From Nitrososphaeraceae archaeon (GTDB lineage Archaea > Thermoproteota > Nitrososphaeria > Nitrososphaerales > Nitrososphaeraceae), in the NCBI GenBank assembly GCA_035762785.1, contig DASUCH010000043.1, forward strand, positions 7,158 through 71,157: a stretch of DNA of 64,000 nucleotides, written 5' to 3'. The position numbers were made by a program, and so were the translations under genes. The stretch's first letter is position 1, and each line of letters starts with the position of its first letter. The notes under the pieces were generated by a model that made no database searches, was not told where the DNA came from, and was given only the letters and a program-made list of their open reading frames with translations. Positions 21,144 through 31,917 of this stretch are shown piece by piece.

Positions 21144-22196
21144 ATGACATCAGGATTCTTGTTTTTTTTATTTAAAAGAATCATCAATATGTTTATAGTT
21201 TTATTTTCAATTCTCGTTCTAACTATATCTCTTTTGGGCCCGACAATGGATAATGTAATCAAGGATTCCGTGAAATACAATGTTATAGATAGTTTGAGTA
21301 ATCAAAAAATCGAGTTTAAGGATATTACAGAACGCCAAAGATATATCGATAAACAGATTCTGTTGCAGATAAAAAATTTAGGGTTAGAAGAACCATGGTA
21401 TTCTCCAAATCGATTTCTTAATACTTTATTCAAAGTTATGGTGTTAGATCTTGGAAAATCGAATTTTTTCGTAAGTGATTCAGGATCATCATCTGTAAAA
21501 GATATAATAATTGAAAAAATTCCCAAAACTCTTTTACTTTTTACAACCTCAACAATAGTTATTGCCTTAATGGGTGTTTATTTGGGAGTTTTTTTAGCTA
21601 GTCGTGCTGACTCCAAATTGGATAGGATCAATTCGATCTTTGCTATCTTCAGTAATAGTATTCCAGTTTGGTGGTTCGGAATGATAATGATATTTATTTT
21701 TGCGTTCTCGCTTAATATATTCCCGGCTCGTTCAACACCATTAACTCCTCCAGATGATCTATTCTATTTTTTTGATTTACTATATCATATGACCCTTCCA
21801 CTTATGACAATGGTAATTCTTGGATTCGGATCTGTTGCATTTATTGTTAGACATATAGTATCTGGAATATTAGAAGAAGACTTCATTAAAGCAAAATTTG
21901 CAATGGGTATTCCCAAAAAGAAAATACTGTATTCGCATGCTCTCAAAAATGCAGCTCCTCCTATAATTACAATGATAGCTCTAAGTCTAGCTGGATCTTT
22001 TGGTGGAGCTTTTACTGTTGAAGTGGTCTTTGATTGGCCAGGTATGGGAAAATTATATTTTGATGCTATTGGATTGATGGATGTTCCTATTATTATTGGC
22101 CTTACTTACGTCTCTACCTTGATATTTCTTGTAACAGTTTTTTTAATAGATATAATTTATGCATACTTTGATCCTAGGGTGAAATTAAATGAGTAA
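21144..22196 (+). CDS. Peptide/nickel ABC transporter permease (DppB/OppB-like)
   Basis: LDLGKS, SIPVWW, EAA-like AKFAMG...HALKNA and VFDWPGMG motifs. Confidence 0.93.
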   Translation: MTSGFLFFLFKRIINMFIVLFSILVLTISLLGPTMDNVIKDSVKYNVIDSLSNQKIEFKDITERQRYIDKQILLQIKNLGLEEPWYSPNRFLNTLFKVMVLDLGKSNFFVSDSGSSSVKDIIIEKIPKTLLLFTTSTIVIALMGVYLGVFLASRADSKLDRINSIFAIFSNSIPVWWFGMIMIFIFAFSLNIFPARSTPLTPPDDLFYFFDLLYHMTLPLMTMVILGFGSVAFIVRHIVSGILEEDFIKAKFAMGIPKKKILYSHALKNAAPPIITMIALSLAGSFGGAFTVEVVFDWPGMGKLYFDAIGLMDVPIIIGLTYVSTLIFLVTVFLIDIIYAYFDPRVKLNE

Positions 22197-23736
22197 TAAA
22201 CAAGCTGATAACAATAACAATAATTCCGGTCCTAATGTCGACAATATAGAATTTCCTACTTCGAAGAAGAATTTAATACTAAAAAATAACACGAATGATA
22301 AATCTATTCACAACATAAATAACAATTTAACTTTTATTTCTGAATTTATACGAAGGAAAAGCGGTATTGCAGGAGTAATTATTCTTTTAATTTTGGTATC
22401 TATGACTATTTATGCTTTCTTTGGTATACCGTTTGCATCTTTTAAAGAATGGAACAACCCCAATTATTGGATTGATAATCCTAGGCTTGCATCACCTATA
22501 TGGAGTGATTTTTTTGGATTTCTCGGAAGAAACACTCCAGAACATCTGATCCTTTCTTCTTCCATAGAAAATAATGACGCGACTAGTGGTAAGAATAAGG
22601 TAACAATTTCTACCGCAGATGAAAATGGGATTAATGTGGTTAGACATTCATATCATATTAATTATAATTCTGATATTCCACCAAATGATTTTATGATAAC
22701 TTATTCGCTATATAAAGAAAAAATTCCTCCTGCCATTGAAATAGAATTAATAAGACCAAACAACAATAAATTTGATATTTATTTCGATTCGGTTACTCCA
22801 TCAATATCTGGTTCAAATCAAAGCATAACATTGGGAAGAATATTTTCTACAGATAGTCTAATACATCAAAAATTACTTGATTACGTAAAATTTTATAATT
22901 ATAAACAAGAAACTTCAAAACCGGAAGTAATGCTGTTTTCAAATCATGAAAATCGATCAATTATGAAAGGAAATTATACTTTCAATGTTAAATTTTATCT
23001 CTTCAATAATGAAGACGAAATTCTAAATTCTAAATTAATTCTTGGAGGAGAAAAATTTGGATTAATGGGCACAGATGAATTACGTAGAGATTTAACTGTT
23101 GGATTGGTGTGGGGAGCACCTGTTGCTTTATTTATAGGTTTATCTGTTTCTACAATTTCCATTGTAATAGGAATGATATATGGTATTATTGCTGGCTACA
23201 AAGGAAAAAGAACAGATGAAAGTCTAATGAGAATTAATGATATTTTCTATTCTTTACCAACTCTGCCACTTTTGATTATTATGTCATTATTTATAGGAAG
23301 AAGTATCTTTCTTATTGTTTTATTTTTAATATTTTTTGGATGGATGGGGACTGCTAAGATTTCACGAAGCCTAGCATTACAGATAAAGAATTTCCAATAT
23401 GTTGAAGCAGCAAAGCTTATTGGACAATCGGACATTAAAATAATCTTTAAACATATAATTCCTCAATTACTTCCTTTAACTTTTGCAAGCATTGCAATCT
23501 CCGTTCCAGGAGCAATTCTAGCAGAGGCTTCTCTAAGCTTCATTGGTTTAGGAGATCCATCTATTCCAACATGGGGTCAAATTCTTCATGAAGCTCATAC
23601 TGCAGCAGCTGCATCAAGAGGCCTATGGTGGTGGTTAATCCCTCCTGGCATGTTAATTGCTTTAACAGGGCTAGCCTTTGTTCTGATTGGAAATACAATA
23701 GACTCTGTCTTGAATCCAAAGATGAAAAGAATGTAA
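22189..23736 (+). CDS. Peptide/nickel ABC transporter permease (DppC/OppC-like) with a large extracytoplasmic insert
   Basis: GTDELRRD, YVEAAKLIG, KHIIP, EASLSFIGLG and WWW..PPG motifs; overlaps the preceding permease. Confidence 0.93.
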   Translation: MSNKQADNNNNNSGPNVDNIEFPTSKKNLILKNNTNDKSIHNINNNLTFISEFIRRKSGIAGVIILLILVSMTIYAFFGIPFASFKEWNNPNYWIDNPRLASPIWSDFFGFLGRNTPEHLILSSSIENNDATSGKNKVTISTADENGINVVRHSYHINYNSDIPPNDFMITYSLYKEKIPPAIEIELIRPNNNKFDIYFDSVTPSISGSNQSITLGRIFSTDSLIHQKLLDYVKFYNYKQETSKPEVMLFSNHENRSIMKGNYTFNVKFYLFNNEDEILNSKLILGGEKFGLMGTDELRRDLTVGLVWGAPVALFIGLSVSTISIVIGMIYGIIAGYKGKRTDESLMRINDIFYSLPTLPLLIIMSLFIGRSIFLIVLFLIFFGWMGTAKISRSLALQIKNFQYVEAAKLIGQSDIKIIFKHIIPQLLPLTFASIAISVPGAILAEASLSFIGLGDPSIPTWGQILHEAHTAAAASRGLWWWLIPPGMLIALTGLAFVLIGNTIDSVLNPKMKRM

Positions 23737-23837
23737 TTACAAGGCATATTTCTCTTCTTTTAATTATCATTGTGTTGCCGTTTTTGAGCATCACAATCAT
23801 AAAAAAAAATTTATGTGTGAAATTATTACAATAATGA

Positions 23838-24779
23838 ATGGATATATTTAGTAAAAAGGTCAAAGATTATTTATCAACGCCAAATTTTAAACTTATTATG
23901 TTAGTTAATATATTATGTATAGTTTCTGGATTAAATTTAATTAGTGATTATGATTATGCATTTGCACAGACAAATGCGTCTTCTCCTTCCTCTCTATCTA
24001 ATAATAGTCAACAAATACAAGAATCTCTAGGATCAACAAATAGAGACGCTATATTGTCGTATGAACAAGGAAATAAATTTTTAAATGCCAAAAACTATGA
24101 TCAAGCTATTACAACTTATAAAAATGCATTTACATTCGATCCAAAGTGGGCAGCACCTTTAATTAAACAGGGAAATGCATATTTTGAATTAGCCAATTAT
24201 ACTACAGCTATAGAATTATACGATAAAGCATTTGTTATATTGGGTAATTTAGATGAAAAAGTAAAATCTATTAATAAAAATAATGGACCAAAACCTTATT
24301 GGCTTGATATTTGGTTTGACAAAGGAGAAGCACTTACTAACTTGAAAAAATTTGATGATGCAATAGCTTTATACAATAAATTAATTTCTTTAGACCCTAA
24401 TTGGGCTAATCCATGGAATAGTCTAGGGTGGGCGTTGCAAAAACAGGGTAAAAATGATGAGGCGGTTACTGCATTTGATAAAGCAACCAAATTAAAACCA
24501 AGCTGGGCTAAACCATGGAATAGCAAAGGATGGGCATTCTACAAAATAGGTAAATTTGATGAAGCATTATCATCTTTTGATAAAGCCATAGCGCTCGAAC
24601 CAAAATGGGATAAACCTTGGTTTAATAAAGCAAAAATATTATATCATCTAGAGAATTATTCAGATGCAAAACAATTTGTAGAACATGCATTATCTTTGAA
24701 AGCAGATCCTAAAACTTCTGCTTTATTGGAAAACATCAATGCAAAAATCCAACAACCTTCAACAACAACGGTTCAATAA
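23838..24779 (+). CDS. Secreted TPR-repeat protein
   Basis: Signal peptide ending YAFAQ; about six TPR units (W..KG.AL...A...YDKA...P). Confidence 0.9.
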   Translation: MDIFSKKVKDYLSTPNFKLIMLVNILCIVSGLNLISDYDYAFAQTNASSPSSLSNNSQQIQESLGSTNRDAILSYEQGNKFLNAKNYDQAITTYKNAFTFDPKWAAPLIKQGNAYFELANYTTAIELYDKAFVILGNLDEKVKSINKNNGPKPYWLDIWFDKGEALTNLKKFDDAIALYNKLISLDPNWANPWNSLGWALQKQGKNDEAVTAFDKATKLKPSWAKPWNSKGWAFYKIGKFDEALSSFDKAIALEPKWDKPWFNKAKILYHLENYSDAKQFVEHALSLKADPKTSALLENINAKIQQPSTTTVQ

Positions 24780-24822
24780 TTCTGCTATATTATTTTATTT
24801 TATTAGAAAGCAAATCAAAAAA

Positions 24823-25140
24823 TTATTCAAAAAATTTTCTGAGCGTTGAAATATTATCAGGAGATAGTTTGATTGTATATGCTGATGCATCTTCAGAATA
24901 AACCTTAGATAGAGCATCCAAAAATCTCGCCTTGTCCATTCCTCTATCAAAAGTACCACCAGATTCTTTAATACAAAGAGGAAATTTTTGCATTTTCAGT
25001 CCTTTGCTATTTAGATAACTAATAAATTTTGTATATCTATCGGTATCATAAGAATTAACGCCTTTTTCATTGCATAACATTATCCAAACATCTATTGTAT
25101 TTTGATAAAAAGCTTTATCACGTAATTCTTCAAGTGTCAT
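24823..25140 (-). CDS. Conserved hypothetical protein
   Basis: 105-aa ORF with ATG start and protein-like composition. Confidence 0.7.
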   Translation of the reverse strand: MTLEELRDKAFYQNTIDVWIMLCNEKGVNSYDTDRYTKFISYLNSKGLKMQKFPLCIKESGGTFDRGMDKARFLDALSKVYSEDASAYTIKLSPDNISTLRKFFE

Positions 25141-25249
25141 AATATATTGGTATTACCTTTCTTCATATATTTTTCTTTATTGCAATTCTATTATAGTCGA
25201 AGTTTGATCTTATTCAGGTAATAAGATTGCTACTGGTTTGCATATCACT

Positions 25250-25708
25250 TTATTCAATTATCAGACTAATATTATTTCCATTGCGATCAAAGGCACCGAT
25301 TGTTTCATATTCATATGGATAGCTAATTATTATGGAAACTACACCGAAAAAATTGTTCAAATCTTGTAATGATGGTCTATTAGAACCACCTGGATGGGAA
25401 TGGGCTGTTCCTACATAAGAAAGATCCATAGGTAACTCACTTGTGGGGAAACCTGAGTAGTAAGGCCCACCTGATGCAAAAGGAGGAACTACTAATCCAT
25501 CGATTCGTATTTCACCATTTTTCTTGCTTTTACCTTGCAAAATAAGAATTCCTTCATGAGGATGCCATGTCTTTGAATATGTAATAATACCATCTGCAGA
25601 TTGTTTTTTAAGAATTACCTGTCGGTTATATTCAACGTGTTTTTTGCTTTTATCATTACCATTAACAGTAGGTCCTTTCTTTTTATTTTTTAAGAAATTA
25701 AAAAACAA
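25250..25708 (-). CDS. JAMM/MPN+ (Mov34) metalloprotease-family protein
   Basis: E...HSHPxxxxxPSxxD motif (HEG...HSHPGGSNRPSLQD). Confidence 0.92.
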   Translation of the reverse strand: MFFNFLKNKKKGPTVNGNDKSKKHVEYNRQVILKKQSADGIITYSKTWHPHEGILILQGKSKKNGEIRIDGLVVPPFASGGPYYSGFPTSELPMDLSYVGTAHSHPGGSNRPSLQDLNNFFGVVSIIISYPYEYETIGAFDRNGNNISLIIE

Positions 25709-25799
25709 TTATGAAATATGAAAATAAAAATGATATTTATTAATATCTACAAATTCTTCCATCTTAGACATATTTTTTAATGGCTTTGTGTAACAAACA

Positions 25800-27071
25800 A
25801 TGAATCACATAATGACTAAAAATTGTACAATGATCTTGTCTGAATTAGGACCATTTATATTTGATAGTGAAAATGAGTTAATTTATTCAAAAAAATTCAA
25901 CAATATTATTTCTTCTAATATTTTAATTTCAAATGGTGATTATTCTGAAATCCTTGATATCTCTGATAAATTACGTCGATATGATTCCGTTTTTAGTAAC
26001 GACACGGGTTTGATATCCTATCTTCGAAATAATGGAATTAATATTTATTTACTTCCTTCAGAAAAAATTATAGAAATTTCAAAACATAAACTCACTTACC
26101 TTATACGGTCTGGGTTTGCTGAAAATGAATATGATGCACATTTGCAACTAAGACAATTTGCACTAGATTTTTCTTCTAGCAAGGTACGACGAATTTCAGA
26201 GAAATTAGATCTACATATTACTCAGTCAATAAATGCTCTTGATGAACTAGACAAGATCATAAATGTGATAGGAGCAAGACTTCGTGAGTGGTATGGATTA
26301 CATTTTCCTGAACTTGATTATTTAATCCAGAATATCTTTACCTATGCTGAAATCGTTAGATTAGCAGGAAATCGAAACAATATTGATTTAGATATCCTTG
26401 AAAATCTCGGAATAGAAAATAAAAGAGCAGAGATGATACTTATAGCTGTTCAAAGAAGTAAAGGTGGAGATATTTTAGAAGAAAATCTGTCTATAATCAA
26501 ACAACTTGCTAATGAAGTTATAATGCAAACTGAATTAAGAAAGATTCTTGCCCATCAAATTGAAGAGATGATGGAAAAAATCGCTCCAAATATCAAAGAA
26601 TTATTAACAGCCACAGTTGGTGCAAGAATGATGGCTAAAGCTGGAAGTCTACAAAAACTTTCTGTTATGCCTGCTAGTACTATTCAAATAATAGGTGCTG
26701 AAAAGGCACTTTTTCGATCTTTAAAAACAGGAGCCCCCCCTCCCAAACATGGAATTTTATTTCAACATCCTATATTACATTCAGCACCTAAATGGCAAAG
26801 AGGAAAGATGGCTAGAGCAATTGCTTCAAAAGTCGCTATTGCAGTAAGAATTGACCTCTTTAGGTATGGCGAAAAGGATTTACATATTTCTGAACAATTA
26901 AGTAAACGCATAGCTGAAATACAAGAAAAATATAAAGAACCGAGACTTAGTAAACACAAGCCTTACAGAAAAGAAATGCAGATAAATTATAATAGAAATC
27001 CAAAAAAACGATTTCATAAATTCAATAAAAAAAATGTAAAGAAATTCAAATTTTCTAAAAGAAATAAATAG
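25800..27071 (+). CDS. nop5: C/D-box sRNP protein Nop5 (Nop56/58)
   Basis: REWYGLHFPEL, APN, QIIGAEKALF and PKHG motifs; Lys-rich tail. Confidence 0.97.
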   Translation: MNHIMTKNCTMILSELGPFIFDSENELIYSKKFNNIISSNILISNGDYSEILDISDKLRRYDSVFSNDTGLISYLRNNGINIYLLPSEKIIEISKHKLTYLIRSGFAENEYDAHLQLRQFALDFSSSKVRRISEKLDLHITQSINALDELDKIINVIGARLREWYGLHFPELDYLIQNIFTYAEIVRLAGNRNNIDLDILENLGIENKRAEMILIAVQRSKGGDILEENLSIIKQLANEVIMQTELRKILAHQIEEMMEKIAPNIKELLTATVGARMMAKAGSLQKLSVMPASTIQIIGAEKALFRSLKTGAPPPKHGILFQHPILHSAPKWQRGKMARAIASKVAIAVRIDLFRYGEKDLHISEQLSKRIAEIQEKYKEPRLSKHKPYRKEMQINYNRNPKKRFHKFNKKNVKKFKFSKRNK

Positions 27072-27152
27072 TAATTAAAATATATTTTTCTTGGCATATT
27101 TTATGTGTGTTATATTTAAATATCAATTAACGAATTATAATTTCTTATCTGG

Positions 27153-27917
27153 ATGAAAAATATTACCATTGAGGAAGAAGAAATACCTTTAACAGCACCA
27201 TCCACTTCATCATACTCAGCGTCTCTAAGTGAATCTAACAATGACTTTGACGGGTATAGATGGGTTATTTTTAATGGCCAAAAACATTTAGCTACTTTGA
27301 ATTTAATTAAGGGAAACACAGTGTATGATGAAAAACTAATAACAATCGATAAGGAAGAATATCGGCTCTGGGATATTTTTAGAAGTAAACTTGCTGCAGG
27401 TATAATCAAGGGTTTGAGAAATCTTCCTATAAAAAACAAAACTAAAGTCCTTTATTTAGGTGCATCTACTGGAACTACAGTAAGCCATATTTCTGATATT
27501 ATAGGTAATTCTGGAGTCATTTTTGCAATAGAATCTTCTATTCGTGTAGCTAGAGAGCTCATAGAAAACGTTGCTTCTAAAAGAGAGAATATTATTCCAA
27601 TCATTGAAGATGCTAGAAAACCTCTCTCATACTTCTCGACATATGGTGAAGTGGATGTGGTGTATTGTGATATTGCTCAACCTGATCAAACTGAAATAGC
27701 AATAGCCAATTGCAAAACTTTTCTTAAAGATAATGGGAAAATATTGCTAGTAGTAAAGACACGGAGTATAGACGTAACCCAAGATCCAAGAACAGTTATA
27801 CTTCAAGAAGCAAAAAAACTAGAAAATAGTGGATTTCATCTCGAACAAATTTTAAATCTTGATCCTTACGATAAAGATCATGGATTGATATACGCTACAT
27901 ACAGTCAAATCAAATAA
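27153..27917 (+). CDS. flpA: Fibrillarin-like rRNA/tRNA 2'-O-methyltransferase
   Basis: RSKLAA, VLYLGASTGTTVSH, DARKP and DIAQPDQ motifs. Confidence 0.97.
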   Translation: MKNITIEEEEIPLTAPSTSSYSASLSESNNDFDGYRWVIFNGQKHLATLNLIKGNTVYDEKLITIDKEEYRLWDIFRSKLAAGIIKGLRNLPIKNKTKVLYLGASTGTTVSHISDIIGNSGVIFAIESSIRVARELIENVASKRENIIPIIEDARKPLSYFSTYGEVDVVYCDIAQPDQTEIAIANCKTFLKDNGKILLVVKTRSIDVTQDPRTVILQEAKKLENSGFHLEQILNLDPYDKDHGLIYATYSQIK

Positions 27918-28596
27918 AATCGTAAACTTTACTTTGTTTGCATGTTATTTCTCTTATAGGTCTCCATGATCTTCTTACAAAATCTGGAAATTCCTTATAT
28001 TCTTTAATCCAGCTATTTATGAAATACATAGTCTTTTTATCAGATGGATAACCACTTCCAATATTTTGATAATTTTCTTCTAATATTTGAATTTCTCGAT
28101 CTCTTATTACTTTTGCAATTATTGAAGCTGCTGATACAACAAGGTTTATTCTGTCTGCTTTATGCATGGCAATGACATTAGTATTATTTTTTAAATCTAA
28201 ATTTGACTTTAGGTAATTTGTGTATCTATCAATATTTACATCACAAGAATCCACATAGGCAATATCTGCTGCCAGATGTTTAATAATTGTTGACATTATT
28301 ACGCCTTCTAATTTATTTAATTTTCTTTGGTATACATTTTCATCAATAGTCTTACAATCAATCTTGTATATACATATGAATTCTGAAATATCTAATATTT
28401 TATAAAACAAAAAATTCCTTTTCTTTCTGGTTAAAGTTTTTGAGTCTCTTACTCCTATTCTCTCCAATTTTTTAATATTACTATTTTTAAGACTTATACC
28501 AGCAATTACAAGAGGGCCTATGACAGATCCTCTACCAGCTTCATCAATCCCGCATATTAACAAATTAATAATTGTCTCTAGTTCAAACTTGTACAT
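27910..28596 (-). CDS. rnhB: Ribonuclease HII
   Basis: GIDEAGRG, DSK, SAASIIAKV and GSGYPSD motifs. Confidence 0.97.
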   Translation of the reverse strand: MYKFELETIINLLICGIDEAGRGSVIGPLVIAGISLKNSNIKKLERIGVRDSKTLTRKKRNFLFYKILDISEFICIYKIDCKTIDENVYQRKLNKLEGVIMSTIIKHLAADIAYVDSCDVNIDRYTNYLKSNLDLKNNTNVIAMHKADRINLVVSAASIIAKVIRDREIQILEENYQNIGSGYPSDKKTMYFINSWIKEYKEFPDFVRRSWRPIREITCKQSKVYDFI

Positions 28597-28670
28597 TAAA
28601 ATTTCTATACAAAGGTTAAACCAAAGATTGGTAATTATATGATGGATAAATTCTATAATTTTACTAAACC

Positions 28671-29852
28671 ATGGATAATTTTATACAGATCACTGAAGGT
28701 CGAACAAAATTACTTGTTCCGAAATATTCACTCGAAGAAAAGGTCCCTCCACATTCTCCTGCTTTTTTTAATCATCTTGCAAGGTTAAATAGAGATTTAT
28801 CTATTCATATTTATAATATTTTTTTAGATGAATATAATAACAATAAAAATAATCAGATCACATTTGCTGATGCATTTGGAGGAATTGGACCTAGAGGACT
28901 CCGAGTAGCAGTAGAAGTACCCAAAGTTTCCAAAATTTACATAAATGATATTAATGAACTAGCCATAGCAGCTGCAAAAGAATCTGCGAAACTAAATAAT
29001 GTCAATGAAAAATGTTTTTTTTCTGTAAATGAGGTATGTAAATTCCTTATTTCTAGACCAAGGGAAAGAAACAAAAGATTTACGATAGTAGATTTGGATC
29101 CATTTGGAAGCCCTTCACCTTTTATTGAATGTGTTCTCCGATCTATTGAAGATGGAGGATTAATTTCTATTACCGCAACTGATACTGCAGTTTTAAGTGG
29201 AATATATCAAAATGTATGCCGAAGAAAATATTTTGGTTTATCTATTAACAATATATATTCAAATGAGGTAGCTGCACGCTTAATAATATCTTCAACAGCA
29301 TTAATTGCCGCAAGATTGGGAATATCTTTATCTCCTATCTTTGCTCATGCGAATAAACATTATTTTCGTGTATTTCTTAAAACATCAGTAAGTAATTCTT
29401 TGGCTAACAAGGTTTTTGAGAACATAGGGTACATAAAACATTGTTTTAAATGTGGTGAAAGAAATTTCTCCCATATTTATGCAAAAGATTTATGTCCAAT
29501 ATGCAGTAGTAAATTCCAGATCGTTGGCCAGCTCTGGATAGGGAAATTATTTGATAAAAATATGATTTCAAACTTAATAAAGAAATATTTTTCAGGTGAT
29601 TTTAATAATGATAAAAAAAATCATCAAATAAAACAAATATTTGAGATTAGTGTAGAGGAACTAGATGATATACCCTATTACTTTTCAGTAGATGAAATAG
29701 GGTCTATGCTCAAAACCAGTCCAACAAAATTAACTCGAATTATTGAGAAGATTATTTATTCAGGGTATCGCGCGTCAAGGACAATTTTTCGTCCTACTGG
29801 GTTGAAAACTAATGCTTCAATGTCTAATATATTATATATACTAAAAAATTAG
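28671..29852 (+). CDS. trm1: tRNA (guanine-26-N2)-dimethyltransferase
   Basis: FFN..NRDLS, GxRGLR, NDIN, DLDPFGSP and TATD motifs; Zn ribbon. Confidence 0.95.
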   Translation: MDNFIQITEGRTKLLVPKYSLEEKVPPHSPAFFNHLARLNRDLSIHIYNIFLDEYNNNKNNQITFADAFGGIGPRGLRVAVEVPKVSKIYINDINELAIAAAKESAKLNNVNEKCFFSVNEVCKFLISRPRERNKRFTIVDLDPFGSPSPFIECVLRSIEDGGLISITATDTAVLSGIYQNVCRRKYFGLSINNIYSNEVAARLIISSTALIAARLGISLSPIFAHANKHYFRVFLKTSVSNSLANKVFENIGYIKHCFKCGERNFSHIYAKDLCPICSSKFQIVGQLWIGKLFDKNMISNLIKKYFSGDFNNDKKNHQIKQIFEISVEELDDIPYYFSVDEIGSMLKTSPTKLTRIIEKIIYSGYRASRTIFRPTGLKTNASMSNILYILKN

Positions 29853-30158
29853 AGAATGAGTTAAATAAATAACACCCTAATGCTATTATTTATATTTGTA
29901 TTTATATAGATAATTTTAATATTGAAGGGGAGTAAACCAATTTTTTATGAGGCAAAACAAATAATAATATATATTTCTAATAAATATATTCGAATAGATA
30001 ATAATAATGGTAATAAACTTTACTTAAAATTCAAGTTTAAAACTCTGTATTCTAAAAACCGTTTTAACTTACATTCTTTACAACATAGTTGGAAGTGATT
30101 TAAAATTTTGTTTTTTGGAAGTTCTAAGATTGGTATATAATAGGTATGGTGTATTTTA

Positions 30159-30953
30159 GTGGTTAAATTAGAAATAAAAGACGTTACTAAATCATTCTAT
30201 AGAAATGAGGGAAAACAATCGACGTTAATAAATGCCATAGAAAATATTAATTTGGCAGTAAATGATGGTGAATTCGTTTGCCTTGTTGGTCCATCAGGTT
30301 GTGGAAAGTCAACTCTTCTCAATATATTAGCAGGATTGGATAATCCATCAAAAGGACAAGTTGTATTAAATGGTAGACCAATTACTGCAACTGGTCCAGA
30401 TCGAATAATAGTTTTTCAAGAAAATGCCCTATTTCCTTGGATGAAAGTAATAGATAATGTAGAATTTGGGTTAAAACTAGCTAAAGTTGAAAAAATAAAA
30501 AGAAGAGAAATAGCAATGCAATACCTTGATATGATGCAATTAAAAAAATTTGCAGAAGCATATGTATATCAACTTTCTGGAGGTATGAAACAAAGAGTTT
30601 CGATAGCACGAGCATTAGTTTTGGATCCAGAGGTATTACTTATGGATGAACCATTTGCTGCCTTAGATTCTCAAACACGTGATTTATTATTAGTTGAATT
30701 ACAATTGATTTGGGCTAAAACCAATAAAACCATTATTTTTGTTACACATAATATTATAGAATCTGTGTGTCTTGGTGATAGAGTAGTAGTATTTACCAAT
30801 AGACCAGGTAAAATAAAAAAAGATATAAAAATAGATTATAGACGACCCAGGCTAACAGAAGATGATAACCTCAAAGACTTTCAAAGACAAGTTCTTTATG
30901 AATTAAAATCAGAGATGGTTCATTCAAGAAAAGAAAGGACAGACTCATTTTAA
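30159..30953 (+). CDS. ABC transporter ATP-binding protein (nitrate/sulfonate/taurine type)
   Basis: GPSGCGKST, FQENALFPW, LSGGMKQR and LLMDEPF motifs. Confidence 0.93.
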   Translation: MVKLEIKDVTKSFYRNEGKQSTLINAIENINLAVNDGEFVCLVGPSGCGKSTLLNILAGLDNPSKGQVVLNGRPITATGPDRIIVFQENALFPWMKVIDNVEFGLKLAKVEKIKRREIAMQYLDMMQLKKFAEAYVYQLSGGMKQRVSIARALVLDPEVLLMDEPFAALDSQTRDLLLVELQLIWAKTNKTIIFVTHNIIESVCLGDRVVVFTNRPGKIKKDIKIDYRRPRLTEDDNLKDFQRQVLYELKSEMVHSRKERTDSF

Positions 30954-31706
30954 CTCTTTTAATATTTCTGTTGCCAATGCGAAATGATTGGGAGATGTTA
31001 TTAAAACCTCATCTGCAATCTTACCAGAATTTTTTATAAACTCTATAGGTTCTTTTTCATATTCTTTCCAATTTAAACCTATTAACTCAGCTGATCTTTT
31101 GTTCTTTTCTGAAGGTATCATTATACATGCAATTACCTTGATATCAAAAGGTCTTATTTGATCTGTTATATTTTCTAAATCTTCTAATGATTCCATAGAT
31201 TGAGTCACAAATGCATTAGGTTTTGCATCAATTTTTCCTTTTATAGTATCAATGTTTCTAATTTTATTTGGAATAGATAGATTTAATTTAATTAATTTGT
31301 TGAACTCTTGAGCGTTAAACTGATTAACAACTTTACTAGGTTTTAATAATTCATGAATCTGTAAATCATTTTTGGATTGATCTCCTAGTATAATGAGTAA
31401 ACTTTCAATATTTAGTAAAACAGAATCAGAAATAGTTTGATACATGGACGTCAAATTCCTATCTCTTGTTCTTATACTACATGAAATTTTCATTTTAGCA
31501 TTATTTTTTTTTATTATGCGAGCCATAGTTATACTTGATAATCTAGGAACCCCTAATACTGAATCAGTAAAATGAAGACAATTGATATATTCCGCAAGTA
31601 TCATTGCCTTATTTTTTACATTTTCTATATCACTTAAAAGATTTGTGTAATTAAAATAATCATTAGGTAATATTTTAGGTGGATTTAACTCATAATTAAT
31701 TATCAA
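30945..31706 (-). CDS. Methylenetetrahydrofolate reductase-like protein
   Basis: YELNPPK, TDS, RTRDRN, GD and FVTQ motifs of the MTHFR-like TIM barrel. Confidence 0.75.
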   Translation of the reverse strand: MIINYELNPPKILPNDYFNYTNLLSDIENVKNKAMILAEYINCLHFTDSVLGVPRLSSITMARIIKKNNAKMKISCSIRTRDRNLTSMYQTISDSVLLNIESLLIILGDQSKNDLQIHELLKPSKVVNQFNAQEFNKLIKLNLSIPNKIRNIDTIKGKIDAKPNAFVTQSMESLEDLENITDQIRPFDIKVIACIMIPSEKNKRSAELIGLNWKEYEKEPIEFIKNSGKIADEVLITSPNHFALATEILKELK

Positions 31707-31917
31707 CTATTATCATTTAACTTTCGTCACAAGGAATATAAAATATAATTGATTTATATACAGTATAATGAAAATTGGTATACCTTGTCTTTCTAATTGT
31801 TTTTTCATTTGACTCATTATTGAAATTGTTTATCAATTCTTGTGCTAAATCAAATTCTCTTTTTTAATTATTCTTAAATCTATAATTTTAAAATATTCCT
31901 ATCACTATTTTATATTA

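Noticed and set aside
25709..28670. C/D-box sRNA genes near nop5-flpA
   Set aside because: I found no properly spaced RTGATGA...CTGA pair in the short intergenic gaps
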